This document shows, piece by piece, positions 51,255 to 62,355 of a DNA stretch of 64,000 nucleotides (the stretch's first letter is position 1; each line of letters begins with the position of its first letter). The position numbers were made by a program, and so were the translations under genes. The notes beneath the pieces were generated by a model. That model had not been told where the DNA came from and did not search any database. It saw nothing but the letters and a program-made list of their open reading frames with translations. The DNA is from Nitrospirota bacterium (GTDB taxonomy: Bacteria; Nitrospirota; UBA9217), in the NCBI GenBank assembly GCA_963749655.1, contig CAVVOB010000014.1, forward strand, positions 128,001 through 192,000, read 5' to 3'.

Positions 51255-52256
51255 TCATCTTTCGCTTGTCCGCTTGCGAAGAGCGAAGCGGACCACGCCC
51301 CGCACGACCCCTGTCCAGATTGCCGCAGGATATACCATACTATAATACAGTCCCGCCCGAAAGGCGAACCAGCCGTCCCCGGCCCGTGAAAACGCTCTGA
51401 ATATATGCCTGTTGAGCGCAGCAGCAGCGCCCGCCCAGACCAGCAGGAGGGGGAGCACAAAAGTCCCCTGTCCCGCTAGAAAGACAATGGACAGGGACAG
51501 GAAGGCGGCCAGCCAGAATATGCCGTTGAGCTTCATCTCCCGCGAAGCGGTGCCTGAATCAGCAAGGATGTCCCGGTTCGCAAGGGAATACTCGATCCAG
51601 TAGCGCGTTTTCTTGACGGCGTTTCGCAGGGACTTCCCGAGGGTGAAGTTGAAAATGTGCCGGACGCGGAGATCGGGGTTCATGATGAGCCGGTAGCCGG
51701 CGCTGCGGAGTCGATGGCTGAACTCGACATCTTCCAGGATGGGCATGAAGTCTTCACGGAACCCGCCGATCTTCCGGAAGATCCCGGCGTCGATGACCAG
51801 AGCGTGCGTCGCAAGGTAATCGGGATTTGCGCAGTTCCTGGTCTCCGAATAATTGATGAAGGCGGACTGGAAATGGCTGAAGAATCCCGGATCGTAGGGC
51901 GACGCCTCGTAGGTACCCCCCATGGTAACGCCGGGTTGCTGCCCGGCCAGGGCCTTCCGGAGGACGGGAAGGGTATCTTCCTTCAAGATGCAGTCTCCGT
52001 CGATAAAGAACAGGAGATCCCCGCGGGCGGCCGCGGCCCCTGCATTCCTGGCCCCGGCAGCGCCGGCATGATGGTCCAGGGGAATGAAGGTGCAGGGAAA
52101 TTTCCGGATCAGATCAGGGGATCCGTCCACAGAGCAGTCGTCGACCACGATTACTTCGCAGTCCCTGTCCTGGACCGTGCAGGCCGCTGCCAGGCATGTC
52201 CCGATCGTCGCGCCGCCGTTGTATGTAGGAATGATTATCGAAATAAGAGGATTCAT
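51255..52256 (-). CDS. GT2 glycosyltransferase with C-terminal TMs
   Basis: ISIIIPTYN, VVDDCS.D, ARN.GA, FIDGD, EDVE. Confidence 0.9.
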   Translation of the reverse strand: MNPLISIIIPTYNGGATIGTCLAAACTVQDRDCEVIVVDDCSVDGSPDLIRKFPCTFIPLDHHAGAAGARNAGAAAARGDLLFFIDGDCILKEDTLPVLRKALAGQQPGVTMGGTYEASPYDPGFFSHFQSAFINYSETRNCANPDYLATHALVIDAGIFRKIGGFREDFMPILEDVEFSHRLRSAGYRLIMNPDLRVRHIFNFTLGKSLRNAVKKTRYWIEYSLANRDILADSGTASREMKLNGIFWLAAFLSLSIVFLAGQGTFVLPLLLVWAGAAAALNRHIFRAFSRAGDGWFAFRAGLYYSMVYPAAIWTGVVRGVVRFALRKRTSER

Positions 52257-52325
52257 GGGAAAGCCTTCGGTCCGGGGCCGTGAGAGCCCGCTGCTGCAGC
52301 GTACACACCGGCTCCTGTGGCCATT

Positions 52326-52709
52326 TTACAACAGCGATAGAACCGTCAACACTATCACGGCTAAAGCAAAGCCGAACCCGATGACGGCTGCTGTCTTGCG
52401 ATTCCGGAGCTCGGTGGCTTTCCCTCTGTCCAGGAACGGCGCAAGAAGCAGAACGCTGAAAGCGAACCCCGGCAGCACAACAGCGCCCACGAAGGTCCAC
52501 CGGCCGGGAAAATACTTCGTCAGCTGATAGAGGAACAGAAAATACCACTCAGGCCGGGGGCTGTATTGCGCTGAAAAATCGATCTCCCTGCCGACGGCAG
52601 GCGGAAACAGCGTGGCCAGGATCAGGACCGCCTCGACCGTGAACAGCGCGACAACGGTGATCTCAAAGAAATAATAGGGGAAGAATTTTATTTCGTTCTT
52701 TTTTTCCAT
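52326..52709 (-). CDS. Cytochrome b6 subunit IV-like (PetD/QcrC without cytochrome c domain)
   Basis: FFP..., PRPEWYFL, PFLDR; three TMs; no CxxCH. Confidence 0.88.
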   Translation of the reverse strand: MEKKNEIKFFPYYFFEITVVALFTVEAVLILATLFPPAVGREIDFSAQYSPRPEWYFLFLYQLTKYFPGRWTFVGAVVLPGFAFSVLLLAPFLDRGKATELRNRKTAAVIGFGFALAVIVLTVLSLL

Positions 52710-52854
52710 CAGGCTGCCGCAATCCTGTCTCAAGTTTCGAGTTTCAGATTTCAAGTTTCAAGCGGAATTCGCGATTGCACTCCGGCCCCTTGCTACCGGC
52801 TACTGGACCCTTGCCTTATTAATTCCACATTCCGCATTCCGAATTCCGCAATTT

Positions 52855-53499
52855 CTACATTCCCCCTGAGATCCCGATCCTTCTTAATATATGGAAATGC
52901 ACCCACAGAAAAAGGGCGGTAAGGAGCGGGAACCACAGCATATGCATGCTGTAGAACCTCAGGAGCGTATGCCCCGATACTTCGGCGCCCCCGCGGACGA
53001 AGGACGACAGAACGGGGCCGATCACAGGAAGCGATCCAAGCATGTTCGTTCCCACCACCGTGGCCCAGTACGCCTTCTGGTCCCAGGGCAGGAGATAGCC
53101 GGTGAACCCGAACGCGAGCGTCATGACGAACAGCAGCGCCCCGGCCACCCAGTTCAGCTCACGGGGGTTCTTGTAGGAGCCGGTGATGAACACCCTCATC
53201 ATATGAAGGATCACCATCACGACCATGAGGTTCGCCGCCCAGTGGTGCACGGAACGGAGCAGCCGGCCGAGCGGCACCGTCTGCTGCAGCTGCTGGATGC
53301 TGCGGTAGGCGTCGGCCTCCGATGGGATGTAATGCACGGACAGGAGCAGTCCGGTCAGGACCTGCATCAGAAACAGCGTGAACGTGATGCCGCCGAAACA
53401 GGTGAAATAATTGATCCAGCCGGGCACGGGCTTGTCCATGATGCGGCGGTGCCTGCTGGTAAAACCCAGGCGCGTATTGACATGTTCGATAATCTTCAT
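52855..53499 (-). CDS. petB: Cytochrome b6-type (PetB/QcrB) N-terminal cytochrome b
   Basis: CFGG, Q..TG, RSVHHWAAN..HM.RV, GYLLPWDQ.AYWA, RFY..H..H; 214 aa. Confidence 0.9.
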   Translation of the reverse strand: MKIIEHVNTRLGFTSRHRRIMDKPVPGWINYFTCFGGITFTLFLMQVLTGLLLSVHYIPSEADAYRSIQQLQQTVPLGRLLRSVHHWAANLMVVMVILHMMRVFITGSYKNPRELNWVAGALLFVMTLAFGFTGYLLPWDQKAYWATVVGTNMLGSLPVIGPVLSSFVRGGAEVSGHTLLRFYSMHMLWFPLLTALFLWVHFHILRRIGISGGM

Positions 53500-53611
53500 G
53501 AGATAGCTCGGATCACCGCAAAGGTACCCATTTCAACGCAGACTCCACATCGGCATTTCTTCGCGTCAGAAAAATTCTTTCCTCTCCGGAGAGAATTCGA
53601 CGTTTAAGCGG

Positions 53612-54064
53612 TCAAACTTTTACACCGGCCAGAATCATCCCATCCTGCATTTTAACAGGGAAGCGCGTGAGCGGCGCAGGAGGCGGACCGGCAATATTTT
53701 TGCCGCTCAGATCATAACGGCCGCCATGGCAGGGACAAACGAACTCCCCTTTTTCTCTCTGGTAATTGACAAGACATCCCAAGTGCGAGCAGGTTGCAGA
53801 GAATACGATCGGCCCTGATGGAGAGGAGACGATGAAGACCCGGCTCTTTCGTTCCTTGCCCCCTGCCATAAACACCAGCTCGGCTTTTTTTATGCCCAGC
53901 CGCGGGACATCATCCTCGGCAATGAGGGGAAAGAAAACCAGTTCCTTTTTCCGGTCATGAGCCGGCGAGAACACTTCGATGGCGGGAAGCAGGAAGCCGA
54001 GACCCAGGAACGCAAGCACGGCGGCGATCGCCTTTTTGATGAAATCCCGACGGCCTGTTTCCAT
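53612..54064 (-). CDS. Rieske iron-sulfur subunit (Tat)
   Basis: GRRDF Tat/TM anchor; CSHLGC and CPCHG boxes; GPPPAPL. Confidence 0.93.
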   Translation of the reverse strand: METGRRDFIKKAIAAVLAFLGLGFLLPAIEVFSPAHDRKKELVFFPLIAEDDVPRLGIKKAELVFMAGGKERKSRVFIVSSPSGPIVFSATCSHLGCLVNYQREKGEFVCPCHGGRYDLSGKNIAGPPPAPLTRFPVKMQDGMILAGVKV

Positions 54065-54363
54065 GAGTTTATATACTACGATCAATGAAGCCTGTCAACC
54101 GGGAAAGCGCGGAAGCACGTGTGAAACGGGCTCTCCTGCGGGCATTCAAGCGTGCGCGACTGCCGTCGTCCTTTCGCACGAGGTTGCGCGAAGAGGACCC
54201 CATACGATTTTCTCTCTTTTATGATGTTTATAAAACAGTGAGGCACTTTCTACCCAAGCGGCGGTCTCGTCCGCGGGAAATAGACCCATGAATCCGGACC
54301 TCCCTGCGCAATCCCTGCAGGCCTGACAACGACGGCCGTACAAGCCCATGAAAAAATAATATA

Positions 54364-54392
54364 TTGACAAAGCTGCTGTTCTGCGGTATAGT
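54364..54392 (+). promoter_or_regulatory. Near-consensus sigma-70 promoter for rho
   Basis: TTGACA-N17-TATAGT. Confidence 0.85.
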
Positions 54393-54740
54393 TTTTTTTA
54401 TCATAAACAATACGTCCTAGCCAACAACCCCAATTACTGCCAAATCCGACACACAGAAAATAAGAACCATCGGGAAAAAAACACAGACCGCGGCAAATAG
54501 ACAGGAAGGCGCTATCACCCGAACGAACCGGCAGCCGTCGTTTACGTACCATCTCCAGAATATCTAAAACCACGCAAACCGACGACCCAAGGCACAAACT
54601 CCCCTTACTTTTAGAATGCCATGACCTACAGCGATTGAAGAATCGCCGACTATGCACGAACTCCGGAGTATTATTAAATTACATACCCGCCCTAATCACG
54701 CCCTATCTGCCCGCAGGACTGCGGGCCAAGGAGTATCCAC

Positions 54741-55988
54741 ATGAATTTAGTAGAACTGAAAGGCAAGAAGATCGCCGAGCTTACCGCCATGGCGGACGAA
54801 CTGAAGATCGAAGGCATCAGCGGCCTGCGCAAGCAGGAGCTGATCTTCGCCATACTGCAGGCCCAGACCGAAAAGAACGGCATGATCTTCGGCGAAGGCG
54901 TGCTCGAGATCCTGCCGGACGGATTCGGCTTCCTCCGGGCGCCGGATTACAACTATCTGCCCGGACCGGACGACATCTACGTATCCCCCTCGCAGATACG
55001 GCGGTTCAGCATCCGCACCGGCGACACGGTCTCCGGCCAGATCCGGCCTCCCAAGGAAGGCGAACGCTACTTCGCCCTGCTCAAGGTCGACGCCATCAAC
55101 TACGAGGACCCGGAGATCTCCCGGTCCAAGATCCTCTTCGACAACCTGACCCCCTACTATCCCGAAAAGAAGATCAAGCTCGAACATTCACCGACCGACT
55201 ATACGACCCGCGCCATGGACCTCGTCACCCCATCGGCATGGGCCAGCGCGGTATGATCGTGGCGCCGCCCCGGACCGGCAAGACCATGCTGCTCCAGGCC
55301 ATTGCCAAGGCCATCCTGAAAAACCATAACGACATTAAGCTGATCGTGCTCCTGATCGACGAACGGCCCGAAGAGGTCACGGACTGGGCAGCGTCAGGTC
55401 AAGGCCGAGATCATCAGCTCCACCTTTGACGAGCCGCCGCAACGGCATGTGCAGGTCGCGGACATGGTGAGCGAGCGCGCAAAACGCCTGGTGGAGCACA
55501 AGAAGGACGTGGTGATCCTGCTCGACAGCATCACCCGCCTGGCCCGGGCGCATAACGCCATCATCCCGGCCTCGGGCAAGGTCCTCTCCGGCGGTCTGGA
55601 CGCGAATGCGCTCCAGCGGCCGAAACGGTTCTTCGGCGCAGCCCGCAGCATCGAGAACGGCGGCAGCCTCACCATCCTCGCGACGGCGCTCGTGGACACC
55701 GGCAGCCGCATGGACGACGTGATCTTCGAAGAGTTCAAGGGCACGGGCAACATGGAACTCCACCTCGACCGGAAGCTCGTGGACAAGCGCGTATTCCCGG
55801 CCATCGACATCAACGCCTCGGGCACCCGCAAGGAAGAGCTGCTCGTGGACAAGGACGACCTGAACCGCATGTGGGTGCTCCGGAAGGTACTGAACCCCCT
55901 GTCCACCGTGGAAAGCATGGAGTTCCTGCTCGAGAAGCTGAAACAGAACAAGACGAACAGGGATTTCCTGGATTCCATGAACAAGTAG
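54741..55988 (+). CDS. rho: Transcription termination factor Rho (frameshifts ~55230 and ~55390)
   Basis: [61 protein letters not shown]. Confidence 0.97.
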
Positions 55989-56091
55989 ATTTTACTTGAT
56001 ATTCCGTGGTGATTGGTATATTATTCCCGCTCTCATCAGCGAGGGCGGCAGTTTTTCGGCTTTCGCAGTAATTCTTTAGGAGGATCAGGTC

Positions 56092-56290
56092 ATGAAAGAA
56101 GGCATTCATCCCGACTACAAGGTGGCAACAGTAAGCTGCGCCTGCGGGGAAAAGTTCACCACCAAGTCGACGAAAGAGAACGCTCCGGCTCGACATCTGC
56201 TCGGTCTGCCATCCGTTCTTCACCGGCAAACAGAAGCTGATCGATACGGAAGGCCGCGTCGACAAGTTCCGGAAAAAATACGCGAAATAG
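56092..56290 (+). CDS. rpmE: 50S ribosomal protein L31, zinc type (frameshift ~56183)
   Basis: MKEGIHPDY...CACG, then [27 protein letters not shown] in the shifted frame. Confidence 0.93.
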
Positions 56291-56300
56291 CATCGCCACC

Positions 56301-56326
56301 GGCGGCCCTTCGGCCGCCTTTCTTCT
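56301..56326 (+). terminator. Terminator-like hairpin after rpmE
   Basis: GGCGGCC-CTTC-GGCCGCC-TTTCTT. Confidence 0.55.
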
Positions 56327-56355
56327 GGAAGAACAAGCCCCGTGAGGTTTCTGCT

Positions 56356-57268
56356 TTGTCAGAAAAAGTGCAAATAGGCGGCCAGGCGGTTCTCGAAGGC
56401 GTCATGATGCGCTCTCCCCATGCCTATACCGTTGCGGTGCGCAAGGGGGGGAAGCCCGACGCCGAGATCGCCATCTTTCGCCAGACCATCCTGCCCATCG
56501 GGGAGCGCTTTCCGTTCCTGAAGACCAGGATCGTCCGGGGTTCGGCCGCGCTCTTTGAGGCCATGTGGCTCGGCATCCGGGCGCTGAACTTTTCGGCCAA
56601 CGAAGCGCTCGAAAGCGACGAGGACGGGAAAAAAGAGGAGATCGGGCCGCTTGCCATGGCCGGCACCATGATCGTGGCGCTCGCCTTTTCTCTCGGGCTG
56701 TTCCTGGCGCTGCCCGCTCCTGCTCACCAGCCTGCTCGGCGCTCAGTACTGCGGCGGTCAACCGGCACAGCATCCTGTTCAACCTCACCGACGGCGCGTT
56801 CCGCGTGGTCCTGTTTCTGGGATACGTATCCGGCATTTCCTATATGAAGGACATCCGCCGGGTCTTCGAGTATCACGGCGCCGAACACAAGGCCATCGCA
56901 GCCTACGAGGCCGGGGTCGAGCTCACGGTGGAGAACGCCAGGCCCTACTCCCGCATCCATCCGCGCTGCGGCACCAGCTTTCTGCTGACCGTGGTCGCGA
57001 TTTCCATCTTCTTGTTCTCGCTCATCCCGGGCGTCCTGGCCCTTCTGGGCAAAAGCAGCTGTCACGGATCGTGCTGCTTCCCGTGATCGCCGGGCTGGGC
57101 TATGAGTTCATCAAATACAGCGCCAAACAGTGCAACAACCCGCTGATCCGGAAACTGATGCAGCCGGGCCTCTGGCTGCAGCGCCTCACGACGCGGGAAC
57201 CGTCGGATGACCAGATAGAAGTGGCCATCACGGCGATGCGTGAAGCCCTCGCCATGGAACCCCGCTAA
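56356..57268 (+). CDS. DUF1385/YqhQ family membrane protein (frameshifts)
   Basis: [41 protein letters not shown]. Confidence 0.9.
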
Positions 57269-57281
57269 GGCGGGGTTTTTT
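57258..57281 (+). terminator. Intrinsic terminator overlapping the DUF1385 stop
   Basis: AACCCCGC-TAAG-GCGGGGTT-TTTT. Confidence 0.7.
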
Positions 57282-57308
57282 GTTGGAAGAGCAAATCCAC
57301 TATCAGGC

Positions 57309-57377
57309 AACCACGGATTAACACGGTTTGTAAAATCCTGCCGCCTTTCTTGCTTTCATCCGTGTTCATCCGTGGTT
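57309..57377. repeat. 9-nt periodic palindromic repeat (CACGGAT / ATCCGTG)
   Basis: AACCACGGATTAACACGG...ATCCGTGTTCATCCGTGGTT. Confidence 0.75.
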
Positions 57378-57391
57378 AATGGTTCACAACT

Positions 57392-58463
57392 ATGCTAAGA
57401 AAACTCGAAGCTGTTGCAGAAAAATACGATGAGCTGACCAGGCTCCTGTCCGACCCGGGCGTTGCTGCCAACCACCAGCAGTACCAGAAGTATTCCCGGG
57501 AGCGGTCGGAGATTGAAGACGTGGTGAACCACTACCGCGCCTACAAGGACCTGGAAAAACAGATCGAGCGAAGCCGGAGGAGATCACCAACGACAAGCAG
57601 TCCGATCCCGAACTGCGCGCCATGGCCGAAGCCGAGCTCAAGGAGCTTTCGGCCGAAAATCGCGCAGATGGAGCAGGAGCTGCGGCTCATGCTGGTGCCC
57701 AAGGACCCGCGCGACGACCAGAACGTCTTTCTCGAGATCCGCGCAGGCGCAGGCGGCGACGAGGCCGGCCTCTTTGCCGCGGAGCTCTTCCGCATGTACT
57801 CGCGCTACTCGGAAAAGAAGCGCTGGAAGCTGACGCTCCTCGATATGAGCACCACGGGCGTGGGCGGGGCAAAGGAAGTGATCGCCCAGATCCAGGGCAA
57901 GGGCGTCTTCAGCAGGCTCAAGTACGAAAGCGGCGTTCACCGGGTGCAGCGCGTGCCGACAACGGAAGCCAGCGGCAGGATCCACACCTCGACGGTGACC
58001 GTGGCGGTGCTGCCCGAGGTCGACGACGTGGACGTGAAGATCGAGCAGAAGGACCTGCGCATCGACACCTACTGTTCCTCGGGCCCCGGCGGCCAGTGCG
58101 TGAACACGACCTACTCCGCGGTCCGCATCACGCACATCCCGACGGGCGAGGTCGTCGCGTTCCAGGACGAGCGCTCGCAGCTCAAGAACCGCGAAAAGGC
58201 CATGAAGATCCTCAAATCGCGTCTGCTCGAAAAAGAGCGCGAAAAGCGGGATGCCGAGACCGCCCAGCGGACCGCAAGTCGCAGGTCGGCACCGGCGACC
58301 GCAGCGAAAAGATCAGGACCTACAATTTTCCGCAGAGCCGCGTGACCGATCACCGCGTCGGAGTTTCACTCTACCGGATCGATGCCGTCATGGACGGCGA
58401 TATCGACGAGTTCATCGACGCCCTCACTTCGGCGACAATGCGGAACGGCTGAAAAACCTGTAA
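57392..58463 (+). CDS. prfA: Peptide chain release factor 1 (several frameshifts)
   Basis: [20 protein letters not shown] (PxT RF1 motif), [19 protein letters not shown]; upstream of prmC. Confidence 0.95.
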
Positions 58464-58466
58464 AGC

Positions 58467-58558
58467 AGTTTTTAGTTTTAGTTCTTAGTTTTCAGTTATC
58501 AAACAGGGAAAATCCAAAGCACCAAAACTTAAAACTCGCAAACTCAAAACTCAGAACT
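58467..58558. repeat. Heptamer inverted tandem repeat (TTTTAGT / ACTNAAA)
   Basis: agtttttagttttagttcttagttttcagtt...aaaacttaaaactcgcaaactcaaaactcagaact. Confidence 0.7.
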
Positions 58559-58570
58559 GTTTTTAAAACC

Positions 58571-59440
58571 GTGACTCTCATTGAAGCAATCAACGATGGG
58601 GCGGCGAAACTGGCGGCAGCGGGCATAGACTCCGCCCGGCGAGACGCCGAGCTTCTGCTCTGCCACGCTGCGGGAAGGGACCGCGCCTGGCTCCTGGCCC
58701 ATATCCGGGACGGGTTCGACGAAAAGCGCCACGGGGCCTTCAAAACTGCGATTGAGCGCAGGGCAAAACGTGAACCGGTCCAGTACATCACGGGAAAGCA
58801 GGAATTCTGGGGTCTCGACTTTCACGTTGGTCCCGACGTCCTCATTCCGAGGCCCGAGACCGAGCTGATCATTGAAACGGCCCTGGAAAAACTGACGGAC
58901 CGGAGCGCGTCGCTCCGGATCATCGACCTCTGCACCGGTTCCGGCTGCATTGCCGTCAGTCTGGCGAAAGAGCTTTCCATGGCCCATCTGTTTGCAACGG
59001 ACGCATCAGAGAAAGCCCTCGCCGTGGCCCGGGAGAATGCAGAGCTGCACGGCGTTTCACGCAGCATCGATTTTGCGGAAGGCGATCTGTTCGAACCCCT
59101 GGAACTGCTTGACATCCACGGCCGCGTTGATATGATTGTCTCGAACCCGCCCTATGTTCCATCGGGAGACCGTCCCACGCTCCAGCCCGAGGTCAGGGAC
59201 TATGAGCCGGCCATGGCGCTCTTTGCCGGCCCCCGGGGAACGGAGATTCATAACCGCATTCTCGATCGGGCCCCGAAGTTCCTGAAGGAACGGGGCGTGC
59301 TGATCATGGAAATGGGAATCGGCCAGACGACAGCGCTCCAGGCAGCAGCAGAACGGACGAACGCGTTCAAAGAAATCGAAATAAAGAAGGACCTGGCAGG
59401 AATCGAACGGGTGATCGTAGCAAAGAAATATAAGCTTTAG
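58571..59440 (+). CDS. prmC: Release factor glutamine methyltransferase
   Basis: EP.QYI.G..EFWG, VLIPRPETE, DLCTGSG, SNPPY. Confidence 0.95.
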   Translation: MTLIEAINDGAAKLAAAGIDSARRDAELLLCHAAGRDRAWLLAHIRDGFDEKRHGAFKTAIERRAKREPVQYITGKQEFWGLDFHVGPDVLIPRPETELIIETALEKLTDRSASLRIIDLCTGSGCIAVSLAKELSMAHLFATDASEKALAVARENAELHGVSRSIDFAEGDLFEPLELLDIHGRVDMIVSNPPYVPSGDRPTLQPEVRDYEPAMALFAGPRGTEIHNRILDRAPKFLKERGVLIMEMGIGQTTALQAAAERTNAFKEIEIKKDLAGIERVIVAKKYKL

Positions 59441-59444
59441 AGCA

Positions 59445-59520
59445 GCCACGAATTACACGAATTTTCACGAAGAAGACCTAAACCTCATCCAATTCGTGTC
59501 AATTCGTGATAATTCGTGGC
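59445..59520. repeat. 9-nt periodic palindromic repeat
   Basis: GCCACGAATTACACGAATTTTCACGAA...ATTCGTGTCAATTCGTGATAATTCGTGGC. Confidence 0.8.
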
Positions 59521-59533
59521 AAATAAGGTTTTC

Positions 59534-60781
59534 ATGAAATCAATCTACATCAACGGCGGGAAAAAACTCTCCGGTGAAGTATCGATCAGCGGCGCGAAGA
59601 ATGCGGCGCTGCCGATCCTCGCGGCCGGCCTTCTGTGCGCGGGCAAGCACCGGATCGCGAACGTTCCGCAGCTGGCCGACGTGACCACCTTCGGAAAGAT
59701 CCTCCAGAACATGGGAGTGACCTTCGAGCGGCAGGACCACGAGATCATCATCGATTCCACGGGCCTTGCGACCCCGGAGGCGCCTTATGATCTCGTGCGC
59801 ACCATGCGGGCGTCGGTGCTCGTGCTCGGCCCCCTCGTGGCGCGCATGGGCAGAGCCCGGGTGTCCATGCCCGGCGGATGCGCCATCGGCGCGCGGCCGA
59901 TCAACCTGCACCTCATGGGGCTCGAAAAACTCGGCGCAACCGTCGAGATCGAGCACGGCTACGTCGTCGCTTCGGCGAAGAAGCTCCGCGGCGCTCATAT
60001 CAATTTCGACACCGTCACCGTAACGGGCACCGAAAACCTCATGATGGCGGCGGCGCTGGCAGAGGGCGAGACGGTCCTCGAGAACGCCGCACGGGAGCCC
60101 GAGATCGTCGACCTCGCGAACGCGCTGATCGGCATGGGCGCGCTGATCGAAGGCGCGGGCACGGACATCATCAAGATCCGCGGCGTCGAGCGCTTGAGAC
60201 CCATGGACTATACCGTCATGCCCGACCGCATCGAGACAGGGACCTTCGTGATCGCCGCGGCCATCACGGGCGGATCGGTCCTGATCAAAAACTGCTCGCC
60301 GGGCCACCTCGACGCGGTGCTGGCAAAGGTAACGGAAGCAGGGGCCTCGATAACAGCCGGGCCCGACACGCTTCACGTAACCGGCCCCCGCGTCATCAAG
60401 CCGGTCAGTGTCAAGACGCTGGAGTACCCCGGCTTCCCCACGGACATGCAGGCGCAGTTTATGAGCCTCATGACCCTGGCGGACGGCACGAGCGTGATCA
60501 ACGAGACCATATTCGAGAACCGCTTCACCCACGTTGCGGAGCTCCGCAGGATGGGGGCCGACATTGAAGCCGACGGCCGCACCGCCATCGTCAAGGGCGT
60601 GGCCAGCCTGTCCGCCGCGCCGGTCATGGCAACGGACCTCCGCGCCAGCGCATCGCTCATTCTCGCGGGCCTCGCGGCCCAGGGCCAGACCGTGGTGTCG
60701 CGCATTTACCATCTGGACCGCGGGTACGACAACATCGAGGAGAAGCTGTCGGCGCTCGGAGCGGATATTAAAAGAGTATAG
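59534..60781 (+). CDS. murA: UDP-N-acetylglucosamine 1-carboxyvinyltransferase
   Basis: [40 protein letters not shown]. Confidence 0.98.
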   Translation: MKSIYINGGKKLSGEVSISGAKNAALPILAAGLLCAGKHRIANVPQLADVTTFGKILQNMGVTFERQDHEIIIDSTGLATPEAPYDLVRTMRASVLVLGPLVARMGRARVSMPGGCAIGARPINLHLMGLEKLGATVEIEHGYVVASAKKLRGAHINFDTVTVTGTENLMMAAALAEGETVLENAAREPEIVDLANALIGMGALIEGAGTDIIKIRGVERLRPMDYTVMPDRIETGTFVIAAAITGGSVLIKNCSPGHLDAVLAKVTEAGASITAGPDTLHVTGPRVIKPVSVKTLEYPGFPTDMQAQFMSLMTLADGTSVINETIFENRFTHVAELRRMGADIEADGRTAIVKGVASLSAAPVMATDLRASASLILAGLAAQGQTVVSRIYHLDRGYDNIEEKLSALGADIKRV

Positions 60782-60786
60782 TTCAT

Positions 60787-60860
60787 AACCACGGATTGAC
60801 ACGGTCAAAGACTCGAGGAGCACCGATTTCATCCGTGAAAATCTGTGCTCATCCGTGGTT
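60787..60860. repeat. 9-nt periodic palindromic repeat
   Basis: AACCACGGATTGACACGG...ATCCGTGAAAATCTGTGCTCATCCGTGGTT. Confidence 0.75.
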
Positions 60861-60881
60861 GCTGCCTTATTGAGGATTTTC

Positions 60882-62175
60882 ATGAAGATCATCGATTCAC
60901 AGCAGCAGGACATTCTGACCGGAGCTCAAGCGCATCATCAACCGGGGCGAAACCGCGACGGAAGAAGTCGCCCTTGCGGTCAAAGAAGTCGTCGAAGCCG
61001 TACGCAAGCAGGGCGATCCCGCAGTGCTCGAATTCACCGAGAAGTTCGACAAGGTGAAGCTGACGCATAAGGACATGAAGGTCTCCCCTGAGGAGATCAG
61101 GGACGCCTACTCCAAGGTAGAAACGAAAAAAGTCGAGGCCCTCAAGCTCGCTGCCCAGAACATCCGGGCTTTCCATGAGAAGCAGAAACTGAGCTCCTGG
61201 GTCAGCCAGGAAGCCGACGGTGTGATACTGGGCCAGCTCGCGCGGCCGATCAGGAGCGCCGGCATCTACGTCCCCGGCGGAAAGGCCTGCTACCCGTCGT
61301 CGGTGCTCATGAACGTGATCCCGGCGAAGGTGGCGGGCGTGGAGCAGCTAATCATGTGCTCTCCCGCGCCGGGCGGCAACCTCAACCCCTACATTCTCGT
61401 GGCTGCGGACATCGCCGGCGTGAGCGAGATCTACAAGATCGGCGGCGCCCAGGCGGTCGCGGCCATGGCCTACGGCACCGCGACGATCCCGAAAGTGGAC
61501 AAGATCGTCGGTCCCGGCAATATCTACGTGGCCACGGCAAAGCGGTACGTCTTCGGCCAGGTGGACATCGACATGATCGCCGGACCGAGCGAGATTCTCG
61601 TCATCGCCGACGACTCGGCAAACCCCGAATTCGTCGCCTCCGACCTGCTGTCGCAGGCGGAGCACGACGAGCTCGCCTCGTCGATCCTCGTGACGACGTC
61701 GCGCGACATCGCCGCAAAGGTGGATGCCGAGGTCGAGCGGCAGCTTGCGAACCTGTCGCGAAAAGAGATCGCCCGCAAGGCCATCGACCGCTTCGGCGCC
61801 ATCATCGTCGTCGCCGATCTTCAGCAGGCAGCCGAAGTGTCGAATTCCATTGCGCCGGAGCACCTCGAGCTTGCGGTGGAAAAGCCCTTCGAGCTTCTCG
61901 CGCACATCAGGAACGCAGGCGCCATCTTTCTGGGACATTTCACGCCCGAATCGGTGGGCGACTACATCGCCGGTCCGAACCACGTGCTTCCCACGGGCGG
62001 CACGGCCCGGTTCTTCTCGCCCCTTTCCACCGACAGCTTCATGAAGAAATCGAGCCTCATCTTCTACACGCGGGAAGGCCTGGACAAGGTCGGCGAGGCG
62101 GTGATGCAGATCGCCGATGTCGAAGGGCTCGAAGCGCACGGTAATACGATCAGGCTCAGGATGACGAAAAAGTAA
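60882..62175 (+). CDS. hisD: Histidinol dehydrogenase (frameshift near the N-terminus)
   Basis: YVPGG, GGAQA, VGPGN, DMIAGPSE, QAEHD, APEHL, GPNHVLPT. Confidence 0.96.
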
Positions 62176-62180
62176 TTTCT

Positions 62181-62327
62181 AACCACAGATGAACACGGGT
62201 GCGGCTTTTTCCGCACTCACAGATGGAGCTTTCAGAAATGATCAAAAGAAGCGGCAGATTGATAAATCCACACTTCACCGTGTTCATCCGTGGTTCAATG
62301 CGATGTTATCTGTGTTAACCAGTGGTT
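62181..62327. repeat. 9-nt periodic palindromic repeat
   Basis: AACCACAGATGAACACGG...CCGTGTTCATCCGTGGTT plus a further degenerate unit. Confidence 0.7.
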
Positions 62328-62355
62328 ATTAAATTTTTTTATAAGGAGAGGTACA

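Noticed and set aside
58085-58105. GGQC instead of the usual GGQS/GGQH in RF1
   Set aside because: GGQ is intact; a single substitution in an error-rich region is not interpretable.
57392-58463. Programmed frameshift in a release factor (prfB-like)
   Set aside because: The gene is RF1 (PxT motif, next to prmC), has several shifts and lacks the CTT-TGA slippery site; assembly error is more likely.
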